Of a DNA stretch of 64,000 bases, positions 9,011 through 16,618 are shown piece by piece. The position numbers and the translations under genes were made by a program. Within the stretch, counting starts at the first letter, position 1. The number at the start of each line of letters is the position of its first letter. The notes under the pieces are model-generated. The model was given only the letters and a program-made list of their open reading frames with translations, did not search any database and was not told the origin of the DNA. The stretch is from positions 1-64,000 of the IMG/VR virus record IMGVR_UViG_3300036770_003657; one strand, 5' to 3'.

Positions 9011-9240
9011 GGTCTAGCTGTAGGGCCTATAAATATATACATGCCCAAATACTTCTATACCTATCACACAGCTTGGTACACACTACTCATAATCCTATTA
9101 CTTAGAATAGACTGGCTGGCTCTATTGACTCTACATATACTACTAGTATACTCAGTGATGAAGTACTAATGGTCTAGCTGTGGGTATTAAGCCTAGCACA
9201 CTACACACACTATATACAATAAAGGTCTAGCTGTGGGTAT
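9011..9240. repeat. Three direct copies of GGTCTAGCTGT(G/A)GG
   Basis: Copies at 9011, 9171 and 9224; a fourth at 4237. Confidence 0.8.
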
Positions 9241-9399
9241 ACGCACTAGGAGAATACTTATGGAACTCTGGCTTATAATAATGATTATTACGGCTATAAT
9301 AGCACTACTGGGCATCATGGCTACTTGGACCAGCTATACTATAGATCGAATAGAACAAGAACAAGATGGCCAACCCTATAAACACTGGAGAGAACTACT

Positions 9400-9525
9400 A
9401 TGATGAACAATGACGAAATATTTGGTGTGATCATTTTTGTTGGCTTGATTTGGCTGATTTTAACAACTGTGAAATTGAGTGGTACAAAGAACGACGATGA
9501 ATTTAAGAGCACTAAAAAGGATTGA
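9400..9525 (+). CDS. Small single-TM protein
   Basis: GGAG SD; MMNNDEIFGVIIFVGLIWLILTTVK...; stop is the TGA of the next -35. Confidence 0.45.
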   Translation: MMNNDEIFGVIIFVGLIWLILTTVKLSGTKNDDEFKSTKKD

Positions 9526-9550
9526 CAACTGACCAGAAACCATGTATTAT
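9522..9550 (+). promoter_or_regulatory. Sigma70-type promoter
   Basis: TTGACA-17-TATTAT. Confidence 0.7.
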
Positions 9551-9581
9551 ATACACACTTAACACACACATAGGACGCAAA

Positions 9582-9728
9582 ATGAACCAATATTTTACTT
9601 GGATACTGATCAAGAGCACAAGCCAACATGTCAAAGTCTATTGTATGGCTGAAAACATAGATCAGGCCAATGCCATGTTTAGAGCGCAATACGGTAGGCA
9701 GATACTACACGGCGCGGCTCCAGTCTAA
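9582..9728 (+). CDS. Hypothetical protein (48 aa)
   Basis: AGGA SD, downstream of promoter 9522. Confidence 0.6.
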   Translation: MNQYFTWILIKSTSQHVKVYCMAENIDQANAMFRAQYGRQILHGAAPV

Positions 9729-9886
9729 TGAGAAGATATATAGGCTGGGTAGGGTCTACACAATGAACACGATATACAGAATGAGTATTTTTGCATAGTG
9801 GCCCGAGACCTCCCTCCACTCTTTTCTAACCCTGTTACCACCGTAGAAACCACCCTGTCTTAGACGTCAAAACCAAAAAAAGGTTG

Positions 9887-9926
9887 CACTTTTTCACACT
9901 TTTTCACACTTTTCTACACCTTTTAG
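9887..9926. repeat. 4 x 10-bp tandem repeat CACTTTTTCA (phased T-tracts)
   Basis: cactttttca cactttttca cacttttcta caccttttag. Confidence 0.85.
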
Positions 9927-10108
9927 ACCGATAAATACCCAGCGACAGGCCTTGTAACCTGTCCAGGAGGCATCCCAGCCCTGGAAATTCACGCGGCAGC
10001 ATAGCACCGTTTGGCATACTGGGATTCAAAAACCAAATCTACCCCCTGTTATAGAAAGATTAACGAATCCTCCTGTCAACCAAAACCATAATCCCGTCCA
10101 GGTTATTC

Positions 10109-10423
10109 GTTGTATAAGAACAACAGGTGTTGTGATTTCACTACAGTGTTGTATAAGAGCAACAGGTGTTGTGAAAGAGCCACAGGCGAGTGCGGCGGCG
10201 GTGTGGCGGAAATACAACAGAATCTTGTGGATTTTTCGTTTTCAAATTCCAATATAGATAGTATAATGAACGCCTAGACTGTTGTATTATTACAACAAAT
10301 ACCCCTACAGTTTGACAGGTCTTTAGAGCTGTACTATAATAGAGACATGCTAGTAAAAAACGACACAAAAAAAACGACACAGTCGTGTTGTATACATACG
10401 ACACTGTGTTGTACACTAGCAAC
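10109..10423. repeat. Cluster of 16-bp quasi-palindromes GTTGT-N6-ACAAC
   Basis: Copies at 10109, 10129, 10148, 10168, 10203 (degenerate), 10281, 10387 and 10408. Confidence 0.8.
10298..10340 (+). promoter_or_regulatory. Boxed early promoter 1
   Basis: AATACCC-N7-TTGACA-GGTCTTT...TATAAT, 17-bp spacer. Confidence 0.88.
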
Positions 10424-10429
10424 GACGTT

Positions 10430-10472
10430 AAAGACCCTACAGATTGACAGGTCTTTGGACCCAGTGTATAAT
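10430..10472 (+). promoter_or_regulatory. Boxed early promoter 2
   Basis: AAAGACC-N7-TTGACA-GGTCTTT...TATAAT. Confidence 0.9.
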
Positions 10473-10500
10473 GCTTTTATTGTAAACAAAAGGAGCGAAG

Positions 10501-10797
10501 ATGCAAAATTCATTAAGCGCAGACTATTCAGCAGAATTTGAGCTTATGTACAATGAGAGCATAGAAGTAGACGTAGACGATATTGCACATGAGCTCACTG
10601 TTCGCTTTGAGCAAGAGTTCGCAGACTACTTAAGGGGCTGTGACAGTGAAGACGTAGGTGCTGTTATTATATACAGACGTGGAGGAGAAGAAGTTGCGTT
10701 CTTTGACTATGAGAACATGCACGGTAGCGTCTATGAGCTAGGACACAAAAGAGCCAGCGAGACTAGCATAGAGTGGGCAGAACGTGTGGGACTATAA
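10501..10797 (+). CDS. Acidic early hypothetical protein
   Basis: GGAGCGAAG RBS; stop overlaps the next box. Confidence 0.8.
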   Translation: MQNSLSADYSAEFELMYNESIEVDVDDIAHELTVRFEQEFADYLRGCDSEDVGAVIIYRRGGEEVAFFDYENMHGSVYELGHKRASETSIEWAERVGL

Positions 10798-10838
10798 AGA
10801 CCTGACAACTTGACAGGTCTTTAGAAGGCCTGTATAAT
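10796..10838 (+). promoter_or_regulatory. Boxed early promoter 3
   Basis: AAAGACCTGACAACTTGACAGGTCTTT near-perfect palindrome...TATAAT. Confidence 0.9.
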
Positions 10839-10868
10839 GCTTGTATTGTAAACAAAAGGAGCGAAGAA

Positions 10869-11099
10869 ATGCGTGGACCCAATATGTCATATTGTATGTG
10901 CGAGAACACTCTGCTGGCCTTGCACCAAGTCATAGCAGCAATGAAAGAAGAAGGCCCTATGTTCTTAAACGATCTTAGCCGTAGTGAGCGGGAGAGCTTT
11001 GAAGAGCTGTTTAATGCTTGTGAGACCTTTGTAAACCATGCGGATGAGTTGATTGCGGGTGAGGAGGAGTTGGAACTTAGCCCCTATGAGGACGAATAA
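10869..11099 (+). CDS. Early hypothetical protein
   Basis: GGAGCGAAG RBS; NMSYCMCENT motif; stop in the next box. Confidence 0.8.
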   Translation: MRGPNMSYCMCENTLLALHQVIAAMKEEGPMFLNDLSRSERESFEELFNACETFVNHADELIAGEEELELSPYEDE

Positions 11100-11137
11100 C
11101 CTTATAGGTTGACAGGTCTTTAGAAGGCCTGTATAAT
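11095..11137 (+). promoter_or_regulatory. Boxed early promoter 4
   Basis: AATAACC-N7-TTGACA-GGTCTTT...TATAAT. Confidence 0.9.
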
Positions 11138-11166
11138 ATGGGTATAGTAGATAACAAGGAGCGAAT

Positions 11167-11319
11167 ATGAAGTATGCTTGTTGGAGTGTAGTAGGTGGAT
11201 GGGTCACAGCCCTTGTCAATGGTGAGGGTGAGGTCAATGAGTTCATTGGCCCTGTGTTTAATAGTATAACAGATCTTTGGAAGTGGCAGCGTGCTAACCT
11301 TTACGGGGAGATGGCATAA
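11167..11319 (+). CDS. Early hypothetical protein (50 aa)
   Basis: GGAGCGAAT RBS immediately upstream; not in the ORF track. Confidence 0.7.
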   Translation: MKYACWSVVGGWVTALVNGEGEVNEFIGPVFNSITDLWKWQRANLYGEMA

Positions 11320-11504
11320 TGGTTAGGGTAATCACTAACAGTTTGGGCAGTGGAGATTGGGTCATTGTGCAGGCGGGCTCAGAGACCTTGCACGAAGGAC
11401 ATAGAGTTGCTGCTATTGATCTTGTAATGATCCTACAGAATTTGGGCATACACTCAGAGCTTGTTGAGTGTAAAGACAGCGAAATGGAAGATGGAGCATA
11501 CTAA
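11319..11504 (+). CDS. Early hypothetical protein
   Basis: TAATG coupling, GGAG SD. Confidence 0.7.
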   Translation: MVRVITNSLGSGDWVIVQAGSETLHEGHRVAAIDLVMILQNLGIHSELVECKDSEMEDGAY

Positions 11505-11505
11505 A

Positions 11506-11745
11506 ATGGTATTGGCAGAAGACATTGAAATCCTTAGCACATTCACCGCAGCAGACTTGACTGAGGGTATTAGGCTCAGTGGCTATAAGGGTGATAGGTT
11601 TATAACGGCCAAGTTCTTAGGCATCACTAACAGTGGCCAGTTCTGCTATAGTGTAACTTATAAGGCTCTGGACCAGTGCATAGAGCGCACTAAGGTCTTT
11701 GTAGACGTAGACCCAGAGACGGGTGCAACTAGAGTGGATTATTAA
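11506..11745 (+). CDS. Early hypothetical protein
   Basis: GGAGC SD before ATG 11506; FLGITNSGQFCY. Confidence 0.7.
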   Translation: MVLAEDIEILSTFTAADLTEGIRLSGYKGDRFITAKFLGITNSGQFCYSVTYKALDQCIERTKVFVDVDPETGATRVDY

Positions 11746-11746
11746 G

Positions 11747-11893
11747 ATGGATACAGAACTTGTAGAGTTGATTGAAAAGGTCATAGAGCAGATCAAATGG
11801 GACTTTGAGTTGGGACAGACAGAGGACTTGGAGATCCTACTAGCCCAATGCCCTAAAGAATACTTGAGAGATTACTTGCCCGAAGGAGAGTGA
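11747..11893 (+). CDS. Early hypothetical protein (48 aa)
   Basis: Abuts neighbours; MDTELVELIEKVIEQIKWD... Confidence 0.6.
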   Translation: MDTELVELIEKVIEQIKWDFELGQTEDLEILLAQCPKEYLRDYLPEGE

Positions 11894-11894
11894 T

Positions 11895-12065
11895 ATGGAG
11901 TTCCTACAAAGAGCAGAACGGTATGCTGAGGCCCGTGGAGATGACATGTTTTTTAAATGGGTATACTCAAACCACAGGGAATATAACGATGTCGCCGATT
12001 CGGTGTGGAAGACACTGAGTTATCTTTATGGCAATCAGGTGGCAGACCTGTTGGAATTTCAATAA
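11895..12065 (+). CDS. Early hypothetical protein (56 aa)
   Basis: GGAG SD; abuts the previous stop. Confidence 0.6.
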   Translation: MEFLQRAERYAEARGDDMFFKWVYSNHREYNDVADSVWKTLSYLYGNQVADLLEFQ

Positions 12066-12078
12066 TTAGGAGAGCGAG

Positions 12079-12231
12079 ATGAGTGGAGTCCTACATAGAG
12101 TAGACGTAGTGGTCAGTCTGTGGATTGATGAGGACGCAGACCCTACGTGGGTAGTGCAGGAGATGGACTATGAGTTCCGTCACCCTGACATCAAAGAAAC
12201 AGAAATTAGGGATGTCATCACAGAGTTCTAA
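12079..12231 (+). CDS. Early hypothetical protein (50 aa)
   Basis: AGGAG SD; stop overlaps box 5. Confidence 0.65.
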   Translation: MSGVLHRVDVVVSLWIDEDADPTWVVQEMDYEFRHPDIKETEIRDVITEF

Positions 12232-12272
12232 AGACCACATAGGTTGACAGGTCTTTGGAGCGGTGCTATAAT
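12230..12272 (+). promoter_or_regulatory. Boxed early promoter 5
   Basis: AAAGACC-N7-TTGACA-GGTCTTT...TATAAT. Confidence 0.9.
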
Positions 12273-12301
12273 ATGAACATACTGTTAAACAAGGAGCAAA
12301 G

Positions 12302-12703
12302 ATGGGAACTAGAGCGCTAACTTTTGTATACGATGAGCGGGGCAATGCCGTAGTCAACCTCTATCGCCAGTTTGATGGCTACATAGCGGGACACGGAGCA
12401 GAACTTGCTGAGTTCCTCAATGGGCTCACACTGGTCAATGGCTTTGGTCGTGAGGAAAAGGGCATTGCTAATGGTATGGGCTGTTTGGCTGCTCAAATGA
12501 TTGCTCACTTCAAAGATAGTGTAGGTGGCTTTTATATCCACGCAGTCACAGAAAAGGACTGTGGTCAGGACTATGAATACCATGTATACCGGGACAGAGT
12601 TGAGGTGTTAGGTCCAGGCAGCATATTCAATCCAGGACCCAATGACCTAGTGTTCAAAGGCACTTGGGCTGAGTTCGCAGAGCATTGCAAGGTCTCAGCA
12701 TAA
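12302..12703 (+). CDS. Conserved hypothetical phage protein
   Basis: MGTR...YRQFDGY..GHG.EL...NGMGCLAAQ pattern; GGAGC RBS. Confidence 0.8.
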   Translation: MGTRALTFVYDERGNAVVNLYRQFDGYIAGHGAELAEFLNGLTLVNGFGREEKGIANGMGCLAAQMIAHFKDSVGGFYIHAVTEKDCGQDYEYHVYRDRVEVLGPGSIFNPGPNDLVFKGTWAEFAEHCKVSA

Positions 12704-12867
12704 TGGAGATCTACAGAGATGAAACTGGTAGGTACTATGCTTTTGACCCGCAGACGTGTCAACTATGCGCTCTGGAGTCAACAGGCTACACAGATGCGCA
12801 GGAGGAGGCAGATACTGTTTATGGAACGAAGGACTTTGTCGAACTTGTTGACAACTCGCAAGAGTGA
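12703..12867 (+). CDS. Early hypothetical protein (54 aa)
   Basis: TAATG coupling. Confidence 0.6.
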   Translation: MEIYRDETGRYYAFDPQTCQLCALESTGYTDAQEEADTVYGTKDFVELVDNSQE

Positions 12868-12876
12868 CTATATAAT
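12848..12876 (+). promoter_or_regulatory. Sigma70-type promoter (no inverted box)
   Basis: TTGACA-17-TATAAT upstream of the ATPase. Confidence 0.8.
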
Positions 12877-12906
12877 TAGTGCTTAATTAATACATAGGAG
12901 CGAACT

Positions 12907-13779
12907 ATGCCAAAGATGATCAACGCACAAGAACTTATGACCAAACCCACAACCTCCAGCTTTGAACTAGAGCCCACCCGCAAAGTACTAAACGAGACAG
13001 ATGACGAGATCATTGATCGCTTACGTGAACGCTTTAGTATCTTAGACGACATGACCCGTGCTGTAAAGAAGGGTGATGTACGTGCAATGATTGTTAGTGG
13101 TCCTCCAGGAGTAGGCAAGAGCTATGGAGTAGAGCGAGTGCTGAGTAGACACGATGTGTTCGCCGATGTAGCACAGGATGAAAAGCTTAAGAAGTATGAG
13201 GTAGTCAAAGGTGCTATGAGTGCCATTGGTCTGTACAAGAAATTGTACGAGTTCAGTGCTAAGAAGAACATCCTTGTGTTCGATGACTGCGACAGTGTAT
13301 TGTTGGATGATCTCAGTTTAAATATCCTTAAGGCTGCACTAGATTCTAGCGCCAAACGTACTATTCATTGGAACACGGATAGCCGCAGCCTACAGAATGA
13401 AGGAGTGCCCAACAAGTTTGAGTTCAAAGGTGGTGCCATCTTCATCACCAACATCAAATTTGAAAACGTTAGGTCAAAGAAGTTGCGTGACCACTTAGAA
13501 GCATTGGAGAGTCGTTGCCATTACTTGGATCTCACTATTGACACTGACAGAGAGAAATTATTACGTATTAGGCAAGTCACGCAAGATCACAACCTTTTTG
13601 AAGTAAATGGCTTTGAGTTTAAGGACTATGAGAAAGATGAGGTCATTGACTTCATTGATGAGAACAAGCATAAGATGCGTGAGATGAGCTTGCGTATGGT
13701 AATCAAAGTGGCAAGCTTGAAGGCCTCTATGCCCAACTGGAAGAGAGTAGCAGCCCTAACCTGCATGAAAAGAGTATAA
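12907..13779 (+). CDS. AAA+ / P-loop ATPase
   Basis: Walker A GPPGVGKS, Walker B LVFDDCD, sensor-like IFITN, ALESR. Confidence 0.85.
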   Translation: MPKMINAQELMTKPTTSSFELEPTRKVLNETDDEIIDRLRERFSILDDMTRAVKKGDVRAMIVSGPPGVGKSYGVERVLSRHDVFADVAQDEKLKKYEVVKGAMSAIGLYKKLYEFSAKKNILVFDDCDSVLLDDLSLNILKAALDSSAKRTIHWNTDSRSLQNEGVPNKFEFKGGAIFITNIKFENVRSKKLRDHLEALESRCHYLDLTIDTDREKLLRIRQVTQDHNLFEVNGFEFKDYEKDEVIDFIDENKHKMREMSLRMVIKVASLKASMPNWKRVAALTCMKRV

Positions 13780-13785
13780 TCCCCG

Positions 13786-13846
13786 TAAAAACCTGATTCG
13801 CTCCCAGGTTTTTAGCCCCCCGATTCGCTCCCGGGGGGATTTTTTT
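13786..13846 (+). ncRNA. Twin hairpin with identical ATTCGCTCC loops; candidate anti-SD sRNA; second hairpin doubles as terminator
   Basis: TAAAAACCTG-attcgctcc-CAGGTTTTTA and CCCCCCG-attcgctcc-CGGGGGG then a T-run. Confidence 0.55.
13816..13846 (+). terminator. Intrinsic terminator after the ATPase
   Basis: 7-bp GC stem followed by ATTTTTTT. Confidence 0.8.
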
Positions 13847-13867
13847 GACTGTTGTACGTGTACAACG

Positions 13868-13910
13868 AAAGACCCTACAGGTTGACAGGTCTTTGCTTTG
13901 GAGCTATAAT
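13868..13910 (+). promoter_or_regulatory. Boxed early promoter 6, preceded by GTTGTACGTGTACAAC (13851-13866)
   Basis: AAAGACC-N7-TTGACA-GGTCTTT...TATAAT. Confidence 0.9.
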
Positions 13911-13940
13911 GTGAACATACTGTTAAACAAGGAGCAAAAA

Positions 13941-14195
13941 ATGGGAATGTGGACTACGGAGAATCAGGACACTATGAAAGATGTGCTTAAGGCCTTCAAC
14001 GATGCTGCTTATGCTAACTATGGCAATCACTCTTATGCTGCTGGCTACTTGGAGAGCCTTGTTGTAGAGATGCTGGCTCACTGTCCCAAGCGGTATCAGA
14101 AGAGCTTGATACAGAGCATGATTGGTGTAACGCAACGGCAAGAGAAGGAGGCCATTGCCAAGATGAACAAGGTAGTCAATACCCACATAGGTTGA
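13941..14195 (+). CDS. Early hypothetical protein
   Basis: GGAGC RBS; YAAGYLES motif; stop is the TGA inside the next -35. Confidence 0.75.
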   Translation: MGMWTTENQDTMKDVLKAFNDAAYANYGNHSYAAGYLESLVVEMLAHCPKRYQKSLIQSMIGVTQRQEKEAIAKMNKVVNTHIG

Positions 14196-14220
14196 CAGGT
14201 CTTTGGATCGGTTGTATAAT
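14178..14220 (+). promoter_or_regulatory. Boxed early promoter 7
   Basis: AATACCC-N7-TTGACA-GGTCTTT...TATAAT. Confidence 0.9.
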
Positions 14221-14250
14221 ATGGTTATAGTAAACAACAAGGAGCAGCAA

Positions 14251-14445
14251 ATGGGTTGGATAAAGAATGGAGAGCATGTAAAGGCAGTATACATGGGCCA
14301 ACCCATTGAGGGCCGTGTTGAGGACAGCCGTGTCAAGTATGGTGGACGAGTGCAATATACAGTGGAGTTAACGCAGCCAATCCAATTGCGTTGGAGAACT
14401 GAGCAGACAACCCGTGTGCTCATTGAAGATCGAGATTTAGTATAA
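14251..14445 (+). CDS. Early hypothetical protein (small beta-barrel-like)
   Basis: GGAGC RBS; GRVEDSRVKYGGRVQYTV. Confidence 0.75.
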   Translation: MGWIKNGEHVKAVYMGQPIEGRVEDSRVKYGGRVQYTVELTQPIQLRWRTEQTTRVLIEDRDLV

Positions 14446-14455
14446 GGAGCCTATT

Positions 14456-14653
14456 ATGTGGACCAAACAAGATAGCTATCGTAGCCGTCGTTATACTTGC
14501 GAACTCTTAAGCCTTGTGGAAGACGACATGATCGACAAGGACACGTTGATTAGGGACTTATTAGGCTATTTGAGTGAGAGTGAAGTAGCGGACTTTGTTC
14601 GTAAGAATGACTTAATGCCCTGGCTCTACAATGAGGACAATGAAGATGAGTAG
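14456..14653 (+). CDS. Early hypothetical protein
   Basis: AAGGAGC RBS. Confidence 0.7.
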   Translation: MWTKQDSYRSRRYTCELLSLVEDDMIDKDTLIRDLLGYLSESEVADFVRKNDLMPWLYNEDNEDE

Positions 14654-14819
14654 AATGAGTGACTTAGATATAGAAATGCAGGAGATGTTAGAGCGTGGAG
14701 TAGGTATAGATGATGTTGCTGCCTACTTCAATGTACCCGTTGAGTGGGTATGGCAAGCTCATGCCAATCTTCTACAGAGCTTGGCTGACCTGTGGTTTGA
14801 CAACGTAGAAACTAACTAA
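14646..14819 (+). CDS. Small hypothetical protein, possible HTH
   Basis: MLERGVGIDDVAAYFNVPVEWV resembles an HTH. Confidence 0.55.
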   Translation: MSRMSDLDIEMQEMLERGVGIDDVAAYFNVPVEWVWQAHANLLQSLADLWFDNVETN

Positions 14820-14828
14820 GGAATAGAT

Positions 14829-15356
14829 ATGCCTAATTGGTGCTCAAACAAATTAACTCTCAGACACAAGCAGCCAGACCGATTGGAAGCGGCCATAGAT
14901 GCCTTCAAGGAGGGTAAGTTCTTAGAACACTTTGTTGCCTTACCCAATGGTCAATGGAACTATGACTTCTGTGTCTCCAACTGGGGAACTAAGTGGGATG
15001 TCAGTGGAGATGACAGAGATGTGGTGGTAGAACCAGATTCAGTGATCTTCTACTTTGACAGTGCGTGGAGTCCACCCTCTGAAGCATACAGAGCAATGGC
15101 AGCACAAGGCTTTGAAGTAGAGGCCCTGTACAATGAGCCAGGCATGTGCTTTGTAGGCAAGATCATAGCCGATGAGGATGGCTTTGACGATCTCTACTAC
15201 GAATATGGTAGTGAGGATTCAAACACGGTGAGACTCCTCATTGGAGAAGAACTTGATGACTACTATGGCATCAGCGAGTTTATGGAACAGATGGAAGTGG
15301 AAAGACTAGAGAACGAATTAGACGAGATCATCAACGAGGAGAATAAAGATGAGTAA
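14829..15356 (+). CDS. DUF1281/YubB-like ferredoxin-fold protein
   Basis: MPNWCSNKL...WYxxCxxNWGTKWD-like segment...FDSAWSPP...YxEPGMxF signature. Confidence 0.75.
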   Translation: MPNWCSNKLTLRHKQPDRLEAAIDAFKEGKFLEHFVALPNGQWNYDFCVSNWGTKWDVSGDDRDVVVEPDSVIFYFDSAWSPPSEAYRAMAAQGFEVEALYNEPGMCFVGKIIADEDGFDDLYYEYGSEDSNTVRLLIGEELDDYYGISEFMEQMEVERLENELDEIINEENKDE

Positions 15357-15516
15357 GGTCTTTGATTTTGTAGTGGAAGCAGCTCTACGTAGGGCTCCTG
15401 TGTGCAAGGTCTGTGAGCTGCCCACGAGTGCGGCTGTTGTAAATGGACAACGGTTGACGGCCAAACAATTGGCAAAATTCAACAAGGCAAGGCTTGACAA
15501 GGCAACGAAACGGTAG
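15349..15516 (+). CDS. Hypothetical protein (55 aa)
   Basis: GAGGAG SD; overlaps the previous stop. Confidence 0.5.
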   Translation: MSKVFDFVVEAALRRAPVCKVCELPTSAAVVNGQRLTAKQLAKFNKARLDKATKR

Positions 15517-15522
15517 TATTAT
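15494..15522 (+). promoter_or_regulatory. Sigma70-type promoter (no box)
   Basis: TTGACA-17-TATTAT. Confidence 0.7.
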
Positions 15523-15574
15523 ACGATTATGCACTAATGCATATCAACTCTGTTAAATACGAAAGGCAAATATT

Positions 15575-15958
15575 ATGGCAACTGAAAAATTATTCACTGT
15601 AGCAGGCATCAGCAAGCTTCCTTCAACCCACGGCAGCGAGTACAAGGTACGCTTTGCCAATGACGTCATGCGTGTCAAAGTCCTACTCAAAGGTGGACAC
15701 GAAGATGTGCGTCTTGTAGAACTTGATGCTCCTAGTACTAAGATGGAGGCTGTACAAATCCTCAAAGGTATGGATGAGTTTAGCGATGTCATCGCACAGG
15801 CTACCCTCAATGACTTCATTGAGGAGAATACTCCAAAGGCACCTCGTGAGAAGGCAGTTAAGGCACCTAAGATCAAGCCTGAGTCAACTCCTACTGCCAC
15901 TAAGGCACCTAAGGCCAAGATTGAGATGCCCACTGACATGGAGGATGCTCCCTTCTAA
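15575..15958 (+). CDS. Conserved phage protein with K/A/P-rich tail (possible DNA-binding)
   Basis: KVRFAND..RVKVL.KGGH motif; KAP repeats. Confidence 0.7.
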   Translation: MATEKLFTVAGISKLPSTHGSEYKVRFANDVMRVKVLLKGGHEDVRLVELDAPSTKMEAVQILKGMDEFSDVIAQATLNDFIEENTPKAPREKAVKAPKIKPESTPTATKAPKAKIEMPTDMEDAPF

Positions 15959-16148
15959 TGAGCTGGGAATTGTACGAAGTAATGGCCACAGATGATCGTG
16001 GCCATGAGTCACTCTACTATGCTACAAAGAGCTTGAAAGAGGCTAAGGCTATGGCCCAACAGGCTCTACGTGAAGGTATGGTGAGTTGCGTAGTGAATAG
16101 AGAGACTGAAGACGGAGACAGTGAGTGCGTCTTCGAGTGTAAATCATA

Positions 16149-16149
<1 letters not shown>
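15958..16149 (+). CDS. Hypothetical protein
   Basis: TAATG coupling; ends at the tRNA 5' end. Confidence 0.65.
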
Positions 16150-16227
<78 letters not shown>

Positions 16228-16243
16228 ACTACAAAGGTAACAT

Positions 16244-16522
16244 ATGGCAAGTAAACTGGACAAGTATCTTAGACCCACAGTGATCTTTGATGTACAGAAT
16301 CCTGAACATAGACAACACTATTTCAACTTCCTAGACACTAGAACTTGGAGTGCCTGTCCCTATCAGTTCATCACAGGCAATAGAGATGACAGCCCAATCT
16401 TGACTGTGGCCATAGAGCATCAATTGCTCAAATATTACAGGGACGCTGACAGAGCCTTGGCCAAGAAGGGTCACAATCTCATAGAAGTGGCCATGCGTGT
16501 GGTGGATGAGGAGCATGTCTAG
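16244..16522 (+). CDS. Hypothetical phage protein
   Basis: RPxVxFDxxNxEHR...WxxCPYQF pattern; AAGG SD. Confidence 0.75.
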   Translation: MASKLDKYLRPTVIFDVQNPEHRQHYFNFLDTRTWSACPYQFITGNRDDSPILTVAIEHQLLKYYRDADRALAKKGHNLIEVAMRVVDEEHV

Positions 16523-16542
16523 ACTGTTGTTTACGTACAACA

Positions 16543-16585
16543 AATACCCACACAAGTTGACAGGACTTTAGAGCTCGCGTATAAT
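16543..16585 (+). promoter_or_regulatory. Boxed early promoter 8, preceded by GTTGTTTACGTACAAC (16526-16541)
   Basis: AATACCC-N7-TTGACA-GGACTTT...TATAAT. Confidence 0.88.
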
Positions 16586-16618
16586 TGCTTTATTAGTTAA
16601 ACAACACAGGGCAATTAA

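Noticed and set aside
9964-10026. HDV-like (theta) ribozyme
   Set aside because: No P1 helix or P1.1 found and L3 would be too long.
10109-10183. Mini-CRISPR from the duplicated 27-mer GTTGTATAAGA.CAACAGGTGTTGTGA
   Set aside because: Only two copies, 12 nt apart; better explained as tandem 16-bp palindromes.
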